Source: a bacterium (GTDB taxonomy: Bacteria > UBP6 > UBA1177). From it: a stretch of 40,715 nucleotides of DNA. The stretch is taken from NCBI GenBank assembly GCA_017997475.1, contig JAGOEX010000003.1:1-40715 (forward strand), written 5' to 3'. The notes under the pieces were generated by a model. The model searched no databases. It had not been told where the DNA came from and saw nothing but the letters and a program-made list of their open reading frames with translations. Made by a program: the position numbers and the translations under genes. Shown here one piece after another: positions 1-10,662 of this stretch (within the stretch, counting starts at the first letter, position 1; the number at the start of each line of letters is the position of its first letter).

Positions 1-2289
1 TTCAGACTGCAACGGACTTTCAATTATTTCGGGGTTAGCTGCATAAAGTTCATAGGTCTTAACTGCATATTTGCTGTTTTCATATCTCATTCCGGCCGTA
101 AGAACAAGCCCTTTCCAGATTTCCCAGTCAAACATGAAAAACCCGGCAAGGAGCATCTGATCAGCAAGATAATTATCTGTATTTCTTGTAATTTCAGTTA
201 TTACTGCACTGTCAGGATTAATGTTTTCAGGACTGAGAATCGACTCCATGTCACCGGATGTATATTCCGGATCTCTGTTTTTTATCTTGTATCCAAACCT
301 TCTTGTGTCAACAGCCCTGTCTTTTGCAACAAGATTGAAGCCGGTTTTAAGTTTGAGATCAAGATCCTTATATATTTTAAACGGCTTATTTATATCAAAA
401 CCAAAATCGTGATTATTATCAGCAAGATATGTATAAGCCCTTTCATTTGATTTTGTGGTTTTTGTCAGCAGATATGAATCATTCTCAGGATAAAAATCGT
501 ATCTGTAGTGTCTTGAATCAGGCATTTTCATTTCAGCACGACTGAAAGTATATCTCCAGTCAAAACCAAGATCTCCGGCAGCGGCAATTTTATGATTTCC
601 TCTAATCTGTTCAGAGATCAGCATCTGTTCAGTCCAGCGGAGTTTGGTTGTTTTTGTATTGTCACCTATTTCAAAATTATATCCTTCGGCAACGCTCACC
701 GCATCTTCTGTTGTGCGCAGAATAATAAAAGTGTTCCCTATTTTTGTGTGTTTGCCGATATCAAGCCCTGACTCAAGAATTGAGCCCATTTTAACATCGT
801 TGGTGGTTATGTCATACTGATATCTTGATTTAGCAGTCAGGTCGTTCCCTGTAAAACCGTAACTATTGGTTGTTGTCTGCTTTGTCTCCATTCCGTTGCT
901 GTATGAAAAAGAGCCCAAAAGTCCGAAACTTACATCTCTTAACTTCCACCTGTCACCAAGAGTAATAGAAAACCCCAGATCGGGCAGGATCATCGTTTTG
1001 TGAGTGTTCCATCTGTTCGGAAAAGATTCGCCAAGTGACTCCATTTCCTCTTTTGTAAAACCGTCTTTACTGTATTTATCCTTTTCCTTTAATGCAACAT
1101 CCCCTTTTGTTGCATCAAGGACTTCTTTTGGAATATCACGACTTCCGTCATCAATGCCCAACCAGTCATATTTTCCACCTTTGTAACTCATTCCGGTTGA
1201 AAAAGAATCGTCAGCAAAACCGGCACTTAACGATAAAGAAGCAGTGAATTTTTCAGGAATTCCCTTTGTTTTTATCTTGATCACTCCGCCTCCGAACTCT
1301 CCGGGCATATCGGGGGTAAATGTTTTCTGAACTTCAACGCTCTGAAGCATTCCGGTTGGAAAAATGTCAAGCGGAACAACCCTCTTTTCCGGCTCGGGAC
1401 TCGGCAGGGTTGAACCGTTCAGGAGTGTGCTTGAATATCTTTCGCCCATACCTCTGACATAGACATATTTTCCGCCTACAACTGTGAGACCCGTGACTCT
1501 TTTTAAAGCAGATGCCGCATTTGAATCACCCGATTTTGACATCTGTTCAGCCCCGATCACATCGCTCACGGCACTTGATTCTCGTCTTTCCTCCATTAAT
1601 GAGGCAATTCCACCCTGGATATGAGGCACAAGAACTACATATTCGTCAAGTTCAATTGATGCAGGCGTAAGTTCAATATTCTTAACAGTTTCAATCCCTT
1701 CGCGTATTTCAACCCCTTCAACTGTCTGAGTGGAGAACTGTGCATGAATGAATGAAACAGCATAACTGCCGGGTGGAAGTTCAGTTTTGAAGGAACCCGA
1801 TTCATCAGTTACAATACGCGACCTTATTCCTTTAATAAATATAGATGCTTGCGGCACGACACTTTTGTCAACAAGTGAAGTGACAACCCCTGAAAAAACT
1901 CCAGGTGCAAGGTTTTTGTTAATATTTTCATCAACTTTTTCTATACTTCCTTCAGGATGCTCTATTTCAATTTCAGAATTTGTTCCGTCATTTTTTGCTG
2001 AGATTATTATCCTTGTGGATTCACCGGAAACAACAAGAAACTCCGCAACTGCAACAACTTTTTTGTCTCCTGTAACTTTAACCTTGTGTGATCCTGCATT
2101 TAAAACCGCTCTTGCCGCACCCGATTCATCTGTAAATTCAACTGTTTTCTCATCAAAGATCGCTCTCAGATCCTTTGCGGGCTTCCCAAGAGAAAAAACA
2201 TAAAGAACAACTTCACCTGTACTTTCCTCAGAGTGCATAAACTGGAAAAATGACAGAAGAACGATAGAAATTATGAAGATATTTCTCAA
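1..2289 (-). CDS. TonB-dependent receptor with N-terminal carboxypeptidase-regulatory-like domain (N-terminus in window, C-terminus beyond left edge)
   Basis: Absent from the ORF track because no stop codon lies in the window. Hand translation of the minus strand from TTG at 2289 stays open for all 763 codons down to position 1. Signal peptide (M)[19 protein letters not shown]. CarboxypepD_reg-like stretch [47 protein letters not shown]. Plug-domain stretch [79 protein letters not shown], followed by barrel-like sequence. Confidence 0.8.
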   Translation of the reverse strand, partial: MRNIFIISIVLLSFFQFMHSEESTGEVVLYVFSLGKPAKDLRAIFDEKTVEFTDESGAARAVLNAGSHKVKVTGDKKVVAVAEFLVVSGESTRIIISAKNDGTNSEIEIEHPEGSIEKVDENINKNLAPGVFSGVVTSLVDKSVVPQASIFIKGIRSRIVTDESGSFKTELPPGSYAVSFIHAQFSTQTVEGVEIREGIETVKNIELTPASIELDEYVVLVPHIQGGIASLMEERRESSAVSDVIGAEQMSKSGDSNAASALKRVTGLTVVGGKYVYVRGMGERYSSTLLNGSTLPSPEPEKRVVPLDIFPTGMLQSVEVQKTFTPDMPGEFGGGVIKIKTKGIPEKFTASLSLSAGFADDSFSTGMSYKGGKYDWLGIDDGSRDIPKEVLDATKGDVALKEKDKYSKDGFTKEEMESLGESFPNRWNTHKTMILPDLGFSITLGDRWKLRDVSFGLLGSFSYSNGMETKQTTTNSYGFTGNDLTAKSRYQYDITTNDVKMGSILESGLDIGKHTKIGNTFIILRTTEDAVSVAEGYNFEIGDNTKTTKLRWTEQMLISEQIRGNHKIAAAGDLGFDWRYTFSRAEMKMPDSRHYRYDFYPENDSYLLTKTTKSNERAYTYLADNNHDFGFDINKPFKIYKDLDLKLKTGFNLVAKDRAVDTRRFGYKIKNRDPEYTSGDMESILSPENINPDSAVITEITRNTDNYLADQMLLAGFFMFDWEIWKGLVLTAGMRYENSKYAVKTYELYAANPEIIESPLQSE

Positions 2290-2412
2290 ACTTAACTCCG
2301 GAAACCAGTTTTTAAACAACTATAACCGGATACTATTTAAATTAAATTTGTTAAAACAGTGTTAGCGTTGTGTGAGAAAGATGTTTTGAAAGTTATTGCA
2401 TAAATAATATGG

Positions 2413-2913
2413 CTAAAATTCGAGTAAATTGTCATACCCGCTTTCATATATCACATTGATCTTTGTAATTTTTGTGAGATCCTGCGATTCGCTTGAATAT
2501 TCAACCGTCATTTTTTTAGGACACAAACACTTGACATTTTTATTAGGCCAGATGTCTTTTGACTTTGGATAAAGAATCAGTTGTGTCGAGTCAGACGCAT
2601 CAGGTTCAATTTCATATCCTTCTTCAAATCCTTCACAGGCAAACAATGCCTGATAATAGAAGCTTATTCTGTCTGCGGTTTTTTCAATCAGAATAACAGC
2701 TTTTTCAAGTTCTTCCTGAATCACATCTGAGTCATCTGTTTCATCATCAGGCATAACCATTTCATCCGACTCTTCAGTAATCTCAACTTTCAACTGCATT
2801 ATACCGTTTGCTGCCGTATCCCTCAAACATTCACTAATCTCTGCTTTTTTAAATGAATCTTCCCCGCATGAAACAAGAAAAAAACCAAGGACCGTAAAAA
2901 TTACAACTTTCAC
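2413..2913 (-). CDS. hypothetical lipoprotein (166 aa)
   Basis: ORF track. GTG start preceded by an AAGGGGG Shine-Dalgarno site. Signal peptide plus lipobox MKVVIFTVLGFFLVSC. Acidic central region. No family recognised. Confidence 0.6.
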   Translation of the reverse strand: MKVVIFTVLGFFLVSCGEDSFKKAEISECLRDTAANGIMQLKVEITEESDEMVMPDDETDDSDVIQEELEKAVILIEKTADRISFYYQALFACEGFEEGYEIEPDASDSTQLILYPKSKDIWPNKNVKCLCPKKMTVEYSSESQDLTKITKINVIYESGYDNLLEF

Positions 2914-2978
2914 AGCAACACCCCCTTAAATAACTGTAAAAAACAAGTCTTTAGTTACAAAACATTCTCAATTTTATC

Positions 2979-2990
2979 AAAAAAAAAAAA
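2979..2990. repeat. A12/T12 homopolymer in the thiD-lipoprotein intergenic region
   Basis: Twelve consecutive A on the plus strand (T12 on the coding strand). It lies 7 nt after the thiD stop (2997) and 66-77 nt upstream of the lipoprotein GTG start (2913). Confidence 0.9.
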
Positions 2991-2996
2991 TACAAC

Positions 2997-3779
2997 CTAC
3001 TGTAGAAAATACTGGCCGGATTTGTTGTATCTAACTGATTTTTTTACTTTTTCAAGTGTATATTGTGCAGAAAGCCCGACTGATTCGTTTAACGGGATCC
3101 CTTTTGCAAGATTGACTGCCAGAGATGAAGAGAATGTACAGCCGGTGCCATGAATATTTCTTTGCGGTTCAAACAGCTCGATAGGAATTTTTGTTGTTAC
3201 ACCTTTGCCGGTGACAAAAATGAATGACTCCCCTGCTTCAAATGTTGTAACTACGCAGCATCCAAGCTCTTTTGAGATGTTTTCAGACATTATTTCCACT
3301 GTTTCTTCAGAGTTTTTAAGCAGTCTGTGAATAATTTTCAATTCCTTTAAGTTTGGAGTTATTACTTTGTTGTCTCCTGCCATAAATGAGATGTAACTAT
3401 CTGGAACAATTAAGTTTTCAACTTTACTTGATGTAGCTTTGAAAACCGGGTCTATAACTATGGGGACTTTAAAATTCTGAATCTTTTCAGTTAATTTTAA
3501 TATCCACTCATTTTCAAGCGGCAGCAATCCGGTCTTGATCGAATATATCTGAAATTCATCTTGAAGAACATCAATGGAATCAGACACATAATCAAATGAA
3601 ACAGGAATGACACCCGAAAAATCCATTGAATTCTGGATCGTGAGAACTGAAGGGACCGATATCGGAAATCCGTCATTTTCCCTTACTGTTGAAATGTCAC
3701 GCCCCATTCCAGCACCGTTTGTTGGGTCAACGCCCGAAATGATAAGTATTGCAGGTGGCTTAAGCATGTTTCTGTACAA
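2997..3779 (-). CDS. thiD: hydroxymethylpyrimidine/phosphomethylpyrimidine kinase (ThiD-type, ribokinase superfamily)
   Basis: N-terminal ILIISGVDPTNGAGMGRDI and C-terminal HGTGCTFSSSLAVNLAKG motifs typical of ThiD/PdxK-type kinases. The ~260 aa size fits. The real start may be Met5 (MLKPP, 3767). It overlaps the end of the upstream gene. Confidence 0.7.
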   Translation of the reverse strand: MYRNMLKPPAILIISGVDPTNGAGMGRDISTVRENDGFPISVPSVLTIQNSMDFSGVIPVSFDYVSDSIDVLQDEFQIYSIKTGLLPLENEWILKLTEKIQNFKVPIVIDPVFKATSSKVENLIVPDSYISFMAGDNKVITPNLKELKIIHRLLKNSEETVEIMSENISKELGCCVVTTFEAGESFIFVTGKGVTTKIPIELFEPQRNIHGTGCTFSSSLAVNLAKGIPLNESVGLSAQYTLEKVKKSVRYNKSGQYFLQ

Positions 3780-6180
3780 ATCTTAAGAAAGCGACTATTG
3801 CCGCAAAATAACAGAATGCCGCCATCGTGAAAACGAATGTGAACCCGTAAGCCATTGCAAGTATTATCGAAAATATCGAAGCGACAACCGAAGCCACACC
3901 GTTCACAGCATACGCCCACGGAATAAAACTGCTGTTCTTTTCACCAACAATGGTCAGAGCCGTCGGGAAAAACTGTCCAAGCAGAAATCCAAGCGGAAAA
4001 AGGACAACAAGCGACAACACTATCCTCGCTGAAAATGAATAGTGAATGAACTTGTGTGTAAAGTTCGGAAGCAGTACCGCATAACCCATTATGATAAGCG
4101 GGAAGATCAGAAGCATTGCGCCGAATATCCCCTTTTCGCCTACAGCAATAAGGATTTTCCTGCTTAAAAGAGAACCGATACCTGCCGAAAGAAGAAGTAT
4201 CATTATTGTCACCGATATTGCATCAGCCGGATTTCCAAGAAACAGAACGAACTGCTGTATAACCGACATTTCGATGAACATAAAACCCGTCCCTATCATG
4301 AAAAAATAGATGATCTGGTTTACAGGGCTGAACGACCGTTCCTTTTTACCCATGAAAAAAAGCGGCATTACAATGAACATGAACGAAAAGAAAAGTGCCT
4401 GAAAAAGACTGAGTCCGAGTATCAGCAGACCTATCGGCATAGAATCAACAAAAGAGCCGCCGGTCCTGTTTACATCGGAAAAAAGATGATTGACACGGTA
4501 ATATTTAAAAAAGAAAGGTCTGTCATCCGAAACCGGCTCAATATCGTAATAATATTCAGAAATGAACTTCTCTTCATCTCCTTTTTCAACCGCCTTGAAA
4601 AACGCATTGAAACCGCTGTTTATATAATTTATCCCTTCAGAAGTTGAAAAGTTGTGCTTTGCAAATACCGGATCGTAATATTGAGCGGAAGCGGAAAATC
4701 CGGGGGCGTATATTATTCTTATGTTTTCAGTTGCTGACACCACTTCATTCATATGATCAAGCTCTGACCAGGTGAAAGGCCGGTTTTTGACAAGGATCGC
4801 CGCCAAAGCACCGTCACCCACAACTGCAATGTTGTTTTCCGGACTTTCGACACCTCTTTCCCGAAGCACCTGAACTGCCTGCGTGCAGAGCTTCAGCATT
4901 TCTCTCGAAGGCCAGAAAAGCCAACGGATTATACTTAAAGTTCCATCATCAGTAAGATGTTCCAGATATTCCCTCATCGCATCAGTCGTGTATATGAAGC
5001 TTTCGCTCATTACATAGGCACCAGTCGAAAGTGCCGCCCATGTATCAACCCCCGACATCTGGATTATGTCAAATTTGTCAGGACTTCTGCGGATAAAGCT
5101 CCTTCCTTCGCTATGAACAATATTTACACGACTGTCCTGATATGGTTTTCCAATGAAATCGGCATAAAGATCCTTTGTGACATCTATCATTGCTTTGTTT
5201 ATCTCTACACCCGTAACTGAGTATGCACCATTATGTAAAGCTGTTACAATATCAGTCCCTCCGCCAAGACCCACGACAAGCACTTTCGGCTTTTCATGAA
5301 GATGGTAACCGATAGAGTAAAGTGATCCTGAAATGTCCGCACTCCCTCCCGGGAAGTTATATAAAAGTGTGTAGGCATCACCGTCAATTGTTATCACCTT
5401 GTTTTGCAAGTCTGGAAAATAATTAAAGAATCCCTGTGAATGTTTGTTTTCAAAAACATCAATCCTGGCAACCCTATCCCACTTTGTGTGAGTTATCTTC
5501 TGACCTGAATCGTATGTGTAACCGATTCCTAACGCCTTGGAAGCGGGAGGTTTCGCAGGCATCAGATCTTCTCTCAGAGGAAAAAGAGCGGCAAGTAAAA
5601 TAAAACCGGATATTGAAACAATTAAGGAACGGCGATCCCTGCCTGATATTGCAAAAAACAGAGCAGACAACATACCCAGCAGTGAAACGGCAAAAACAGC
5701 ACCTTCAGCCCCGAACTTCTCCATTACAGGAAGAACCGCCATGCCGCCAATGGCGCTACCTGCAAGATTCGACATATAATAAAGATTGATCCTTTTACTT
5801 ATGAATGTGAAAATGAAGGAAATTGCCACACCTGCAAAAAAATACGGGAAAATAAGAAGAAGATAATAAAGGAAAATATAGGCAAGCTGAAGTATTTTGT
5901 CAGGCATGAAAGTGTCAAGCGGAACCCTCAGTGCGACTGCAAGAGAAATTACAGATGAAATTGAAAAACCTGAAGAACAGAGCGCAAGGAATCTGTGCGA
6001 ATTTACGGGCTGTTTCTTTCTTATCGAAAGCCAGGTTCCAGCGGCTGCCATCCCCATGAGAGCAACTGTAATGACCATGTAGGCAAGATGATGCCAGAGC
6101 GTGAATGAAAATATTCTTGTCTGAAGTATCTGAAGAGCAATTATTCCAAATGAGATTAGAAATATTCCAGTAAAAATCAT
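3760..6180 (-). CDS. polytopic membrane protein with central spermidine-synthase-like (PABS/class I methyltransferase fold) domain
   Basis: 806 aa. About 7 hydrophobic helices at the N-terminus and about 8 at the C-terminus. The central soluble part carries the SAM/dcSAM-binding-type motif VLVVGLGGGTDIVTALHNGAYSVTGVEINKAMIDV ... FDIIQMSGVDTW. Confidence 0.65.
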   Translation of the reverse strand: MIFTGIFLISFGIIALQILQTRIFSFTLWHHLAYMVITVALMGMAAAGTWLSIRKKQPVNSHRFLALCSSGFSISSVISLAVALRVPLDTFMPDKILQLAYIFLYYLLLIFPYFFAGVAISFIFTFISKRINLYYMSNLAGSAIGGMAVLPVMEKFGAEGAVFAVSLLGMLSALFFAISGRDRRSLIVSISGFILLAALFPLREDLMPAKPPASKALGIGYTYDSGQKITHTKWDRVARIDVFENKHSQGFFNYFPDLQNKVITIDGDAYTLLYNFPGGSADISGSLYSIGYHLHEKPKVLVVGLGGGTDIVTALHNGAYSVTGVEINKAMIDVTKDLYADFIGKPYQDSRVNIVHSEGRSFIRRSPDKFDIIQMSGVDTWAALSTGAYVMSESFIYTTDAMREYLEHLTDDGTLSIIRWLFWPSREMLKLCTQAVQVLRERGVESPENNIAVVGDGALAAILVKNRPFTWSELDHMNEVVSATENIRIIYAPGFSASAQYYDPVFAKHNFSTSEGINYINSGFNAFFKAVEKGDEEKFISEYYYDIEPVSDDRPFFFKYYRVNHLFSDVNRTGGSFVDSMPIGLLILGLSLFQALFFSFMFIVMPLFFMGKKERSFSPVNQIIYFFMIGTGFMFIEMSVIQQFVLFLGNPADAISVTIMILLLSAGIGSLLSRKILIAVGEKGIFGAMLLIFPLIIMGYAVLLPNFTHKFIHYSFSARIVLSLVVLFPLGFLLGQFFPTALTIVGEKNSSFIPWAYAVNGVASVVASIFSIILAMAYGFTFVFTMAAFCYFAAIVAFLRFVQKHA

Positions 6181-6199
6181 ATGATCCTATTCTCCGGTT

Positions 6200-7720
6200 T
6201 CAATCTTTTTCCCTTGAAGAAACAATATAGTGTTCCCTGTGAAAAGAGTTGTCTGTCTGGACTTCGACAAGTATTTTAAGTTCTTTTTTAAGTTCACCGA
6301 ATTCTTCAGAGTGCTTGTGCTCAAGAGCAAAAGCCGCATCAGGATGAGCTTTAATGTTTATAAAACGGCTTCCGTAAAGTTTAACTTCTCTCTGTATGTC
6401 CCTGAACATCTGAAAAACCATTGTGTCTCTTGATCTTATTATACCGTTTCCGTTACAGTAAGGACAAGGTTCCGTCATGGAGGAGATGTTACTTTCAGTT
6501 GTCCTTTTTCTTGTTATCTGTATGAGACCCAGACGGGTGAAATAGAAAACCGAACATTTTGCAGGGTCTTTTTCCAGTTCCCGTTCAAGCTCTGAAATAA
6601 CCTTCTTTTTATTGTTCTGGTTTCTCATATCTATGAAGTCGACAACGATTATACCTGCTATATTTCTCAATCTGAGATGATATGCTATCTCCTCAACCGC
6701 TTCAAGATTGGTTTTGAGAACAGTGCTTTCGAGATTTCCCTTGCCGACAAATTTTCCAGTATTCACATCAATGACCGTCAACGCTTCAGTCTGCTCAATT
6801 ATAAGAAACCCTCCGCTTTTGAGCCATATCTTCTTTTTCAGAACTGAAATTATTTCCGGCTCTATCGAATAATAATCAAATATCGGATAGGGAAGATCGT
6901 AGAATTTGACCAGCTCATCAGGATTTTCGTTGTAGAACTGAAGATAGCTCCTCACATTCTTTTCATCCAGTCTGCTGTCTGTAACGATCTCCTTCAGATC
7001 TTCGATGCCGGTGTTCTGTATAATTTCTGTCAAAGGATCAAGTGAATCATGAATAAGTGCCGCACCTTTCTCTTTTTTATATGCATTCTGTATCTCAACC
7101 CATTTTTTTATCAGAGAGACCGCCTCTTTTTCAATTATTTTCACATCACTGCTGCCTGCAAGAGTTCTCAAAATTATGCCGTAACCCTTTTTCTGAACTT
7201 TTGTGCCGAGCTCTTTCAATTCATTTCTTTTTATATTATCTGTTATCTTTCTGCTGATCCCTATGTGCGATATGGTCGGCAGAAGAACGCAAAACCTTCC
7301 GGGCAGCGATATGTGTGTTGTCAAACGGGCTCCTTTCTGACCTATCGGCTCTTTAATAACCTGCACAAGAACCCGCTCCCCTTCCTTTACATATTTTGCA
7401 ATGTCCCTTTTTACAGGATGACCACTCTGATTTTCCTGTGATTCCTCGATCTCGTCATCCTGAACGGTTTTCTGGAACTCTTCATAAGTAATATCCGTTC
7501 TAAGATCGTTGATAAAAATAAAACCGGTCCTTGTGCCGCCGAATTCAACGAAAGCGGCCTGCATCCCGGGAAGAACCCTTTTTACGATCCCTGAGTACAC
7601 ATTTCCGAGACAGTATCCTGTATCCGACCTCATTATGTGAAGTTCTACAAGTTTCTTCTCCTCAATTATTGCGACCCTTTTCTCACCGTGAACGGCATTT
7701 ACAATTATCTGTCTTTTCAT
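6200..7720 (-). CDS. rng: ribonuclease G (Rne/Rng family)
   Basis: S1 domain (GNVYSGIVKRVLPGMQAAFVEFG). Catalytic core motifs ALTVIDVNTGKF and AGIIVVDFIDM. Zn-link CPYCNGNG. The 506 aa size fits RNase G rather than RNase E. Confidence 0.85.
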   Translation of the reverse strand: MKRQIIVNAVHGEKRVAIIEEKKLVELHIMRSDTGYCLGNVYSGIVKRVLPGMQAAFVEFGGTRTGFIFINDLRTDITYEEFQKTVQDDEIEESQENQSGHPVKRDIAKYVKEGERVLVQVIKEPIGQKGARLTTHISLPGRFCVLLPTISHIGISRKITDNIKRNELKELGTKVQKKGYGIILRTLAGSSDVKIIEKEAVSLIKKWVEIQNAYKKEKGAALIHDSLDPLTEIIQNTGIEDLKEIVTDSRLDEKNVRSYLQFYNENPDELVKFYDLPYPIFDYYSIEPEIISVLKKKIWLKSGGFLIIEQTEALTVIDVNTGKFVGKGNLESTVLKTNLEAVEEIAYHLRLRNIAGIIVVDFIDMRNQNNKKKVISELERELEKDPAKCSVFYFTRLGLIQITRKRTTESNISSMTEPCPYCNGNGIIRSRDTMVFQMFRDIQREVKLYGSRFINIKAHPDAAFALEHKHSEEFGELKKELKILVEVQTDNSFHREHYIVSSREKD

Positions 7721-7733
7721 ACCGGGATTTCCG

Positions 7734-8504
7734 CTAAGATACAGTAAGAGGTCTTTTCTGTTTCATCGGTATTATCGGCATGTCTGCCTGAACTTTTTTC
7801 AAGTCTTCAATTATCTCATTCTCAAGATTCGGTTTAAGATGGAAAGTATGCACTTCATTTTTCCTTTTAAGTTTCAACAGTTCCTTTTCCAAAAGTGCCG
7901 GGGTAAGATGTTTTGATGCAACCGCAATATTTTCAAGCCGGTTTGGAAAAGATGTTTCCCAGCAGATAGCTTTTACAGTGGGCTCATCGTTGACATGGTT
8001 CACAAAATTGTCACAGATAAAAGTATCTCCTGAATATGCAATTGAACAGTCGTTTTTTCTGATAATAAAACCTATTGACTCAACTAAATGATTTACCTCT
8101 ATCGGAAGAAATTCGATTCCGTCAAGTGAGAAAGGTTTCTCAAACTCTACCGGCTGAAAATTTATCGTTGGTTTGCTCTTAGAAGGAAGTTTTGTAAAAT
8201 CCGGCCAGATAAGATCGTTAAGTATGTGGGTCTTAATCTCAGACATGATTTTTTCTGTTGTGTAAACAGTAAAAACATGGTTTCCCAGAGAAAGCATGAA
8301 ATCGGCAAATATCGGAAGATTTTTTATATGGTCAAAATGGGAATGTGTTATAATAACGTTTTTGATCTCAAGCAGTTGCGGTATATCAAGAGAAGACATC
8401 AGTGAGCCGGTGTCAATGACTGTAGAAGGGGTGATCTGCATCGAGATACATTTCTTGTTTTCAAGGTCGCTACCGTAACAGCCAAGCGGCAGAATTGAAA
8501 GCAT
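7734..8504 (-). CDS. MBL-fold hydrolase, class II 3',5'-cyclic-nucleotide phosphodiesterase-like
   Basis: Metal-binding motif ITHSHFDHIKNLP, later HLVESIGFII...YSGDT and KAICWETSF...ASKHLTP. This layout matches CpdP-type class II phosphodiesterases. Strong SD AAGGAGG lies 5 nt before the ATG. Confidence 0.55.
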   Translation of the reverse strand: MLSILPLGCYGSDLENKKCISMQITPSTVIDTGSLMSSLDIPQLLEIKNVIITHSHFDHIKNLPIFADFMLSLGNHVFTVYTTEKIMSEIKTHILNDLIWPDFTKLPSKSKPTINFQPVEFEKPFSLDGIEFLPIEVNHLVESIGFIIRKNDCSIAYSGDTFICDNFVNHVNDEPTVKAICWETSFPNRLENIAVASKHLTPALLEKELLKLKRKNEVHTFHLKPNLENEIIEDLKKVQADMPIIPMKQKRPLTVS

Positions 8505-8651
8505 GCTTACCTCCTTGTTTTGGCCGGAGTATGCTATATTCTAAATAGGTTCATGTCAAGAAAAGCTTAGTCTCTGCAATTGCCCGAAATATCGCAAAGT
8601 TATTTTTTTTACAAAAATTTGATATTTTGTGTTTTTCTGCTAAAGTCCATT

Positions 8652-8679
8652 TTGATGAAAGTTTTGGTTACTTTAAAAT
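8652..8679 (+). promoter_or_regulatory. possible sigma70-type promoter for the HEAT/radical-SAM gene pair
   Basis: TTGATG (8652-8657), 16-nt spacer, TAAAAT (8674-8679), about 33 nt upstream of the ATG at 8712. Found by eye only. Confidence 0.3.
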
Positions 8680-8711
8680 AATTCACCAATGTATTGAATG
8701 AGGTATTTGTT

Positions 8712-10619
8712 ATGTTTAAGAATTTTACATTTTTAATGCTTATTCCGGCAATTCTGATTTTGATCTCATGTAACCCTGAAGATCAGTATCTCAGTAAGCT
8801 TTATCCGAAGGAATCAAGAAATTATGCGATCCAGTCACTGAAAAAAATGAAGGGTGAGATCGGTAATCTTGACAAAACATGCGAAAAACTGCTCAAACTT
8901 GATAGAACACCTGAAGCCGGAGTAGCAGTTCTTGCAGCGGGTGAGATCGGGTGCACGATGTCAATTCCGAGGATTGGAGAAATTGTCGATGACTGCCTCG
9001 TTTCATTAAATGTAAGAAATCTTAAAACCCTAGAAAGCGCCGCAATGGCGATGGGTCTTCTCAAAAACCCCGATGCTGTTCCGATCCTTGCAAAATATTT
9101 TTCCATCAACACTCCTGAAGTGCTTGCAGCCGGTATGCGTGAAAAAGCAGAATCTGTCGCAAAAAGAGCGGCGATAGAAGCACTTTCAAAGATGCCGAAC
9201 GAAAGCAAACACCTTGTTCCGGAAATATTGAAAGTTTTTAACTCATCCATTGAAGATTTCGGAACAAAATACACAACTGCCGGAATTATGGGTGAATGGC
9301 AGGACCCGTCTACTGTCCGTCCTCTTGTCACTTCTCTTTTTTATGAAGAACAGGGATTCAGTCTTTTCCCTGAAGCCAGAAAATCTCTTATCCGTCTCGG
9401 TAAACTTGCCGAAGAAGAACTTATAAAGGCATACAACGGTCAGAACCCTACAGTTAATGACATTCAGAATGCAAACAAAGACAGAGCTACAAAACAGTTC
9501 TGCCCTGAATATATTGACAATGAAGAAGCAAAGAAAAAGGGTGATTGTCCGAAAGACGATGAATTCGTTGCCACAATAGCTTCCATAGAAACCACAACAA
9601 AACTTAAAACATCCATTGTCCTTGCAGATATCCGTTCAAAACTCGCTGTTGACATGGTTATTGCAGAACTTGAAGCACAGCTTGCAACCGACAAGAAACA
9701 GCCATTCCTTGCAGAACATCTTGCTGTTCAGCTTGCAAAATTCGGAGATTTCAAGGCAACAGACACTCTTCTTAAAATGGTTAGCAAGAAATTCACAAAG
9801 AATGCTGTGAAAAAACCTGACCACAAACCCTCAAAAGAAGAGATCGCTCAGGCAAAACTTGCTGACAGGGGACAGGAAATATCAATCACGATGAAAGGTG
9901 CAGAAGCACTTGCAATACTTGGTGATCCGAAATCAATTCCATATCTTCTTGAGCTTGCAAAACAGAAACCTATCTCTGAATATAACGAGATGAATGAAAA
10001 GATACTTTTCTATGAATCAATCGTATGGGGTGCTGATGCATTGACCAGAATGATGTACGAACCGGAAATGGCATCTGACTTTATCAAACATGCTGAAAGT
10101 ATTATAAGTGAAGGCGAAAGCTATGTCGCAGGGGTAGAAAAGAAAACAAAAGAGCAGATCTTAAAGGAAACCAAGGGACAGGAATTAAGTGCTGAAGACC
10201 TTGACAAAAAGATCAAGACCCAGGCAAGACTTGATGTTAACTATGATTCGACAAATAAGACTGTTGAAATGTTTAAGCGGTTTGTCTCAAGGGCGAAAGT
10301 GTCACAGGAATGCGGCAAAGAGGTTAAATGTTACGTGGAAAAGCTTAAGGACAAAGACTCTGCCGTAGTTGAAAAAGCGGTTTACATGATCGGGTATTCG
10401 GGTGAAATAAAACATTATAAAGACCAGCTCAAACCTGTTTTCACACATGTTGAGCCATATGTCCGTGAAGCTCTTTCAATCGCTCTTCTTAAAACTGAAG
10501 ACAAAGGTTTTGTGCCAATAATCGAAGAGGTTCTTAAAAATGAAGGAGACAAGGTTGAATACGCACTTGCAATGAGAGAGTTTAGAGCTATAGCAAGTTA
10601 TCTCAGTTCACTTAATTAG
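8712..10619 (+). CDS. HEAT-repeat lipoprotein
   Basis: The ORF track starts at TTG 8694. ATG 8712 is preferred because GAGG lies 8 nt upstream and it gives a clean lipoprotein signal MFKNFTFLMLIPAILILISC. Repeated HEAT/PBS-lyase-like units occur, e.g. AAMAMGLLKNPDAVPILAKYF, RAAIEALSKMP, GAEALAILGDPKSIPYLLELA and YVREALSIALLKTEDKGFVPIIEEVL. Confidence 0.55.
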   Translation: MFKNFTFLMLIPAILILISCNPEDQYLSKLYPKESRNYAIQSLKKMKGEIGNLDKTCEKLLKLDRTPEAGVAVLAAGEIGCTMSIPRIGEIVDDCLVSLNVRNLKTLESAAMAMGLLKNPDAVPILAKYFSINTPEVLAAGMREKAESVAKRAAIEALSKMPNESKHLVPEILKVFNSSIEDFGTKYTTAGIMGEWQDPSTVRPLVTSLFYEEQGFSLFPEARKSLIRLGKLAEEELIKAYNGQNPTVNDIQNANKDRATKQFCPEYIDNEEAKKKGDCPKDDEFVATIASIETTTKLKTSIVLADIRSKLAVDMVIAELEAQLATDKKQPFLAEHLAVQLAKFGDFKATDTLLKMVSKKFTKNAVKKPDHKPSKEEIAQAKLADRGQEISITMKGAEALAILGDPKSIPYLLELAKQKPISEYNEMNEKILFYESIVWGADALTRMMYEPEMASDFIKHAESIISEGESYVAGVEKKTKEQILKETKGQELSAEDLDKKIKTQARLDVNYDSTNKTVEMFKRFVSRAKVSQECGKEVKCYVEKLKDKDSAVVEKAVYMIGYSGEIKHYKDQLKPVFTHVEPYVREALSIALLKTEDKGFVPIIEEVLKNEGDKVEYALAMREFRAIASYLSSLN

Positions 10620-10662
10620 ATCTGCTCTTGATCACCTTCTTTATTCCTTTTGAGGTTCTCAC

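Noticed and set aside
2290-2412. Riboswitch (cobalamin or TPP) upstream of the TonB-dependent receptor or thiD
   Set aside because: The receptor leader is only ~123 nt and shows no conserved riboswitch core that I can recognise. thiD overlaps its upstream gene, so it has no leader at all.
3683-3919. 78-aa minus-strand ORF spanning the thiD / membrane-protein junction
   Set aside because: It is out of frame with two well-supported genes that it overlaps completely.
8822-9331. 169-aa minus-strand ORF
   Set aside because: It is antisense to the HEAT-repeat gene. It has no SD or motifs.
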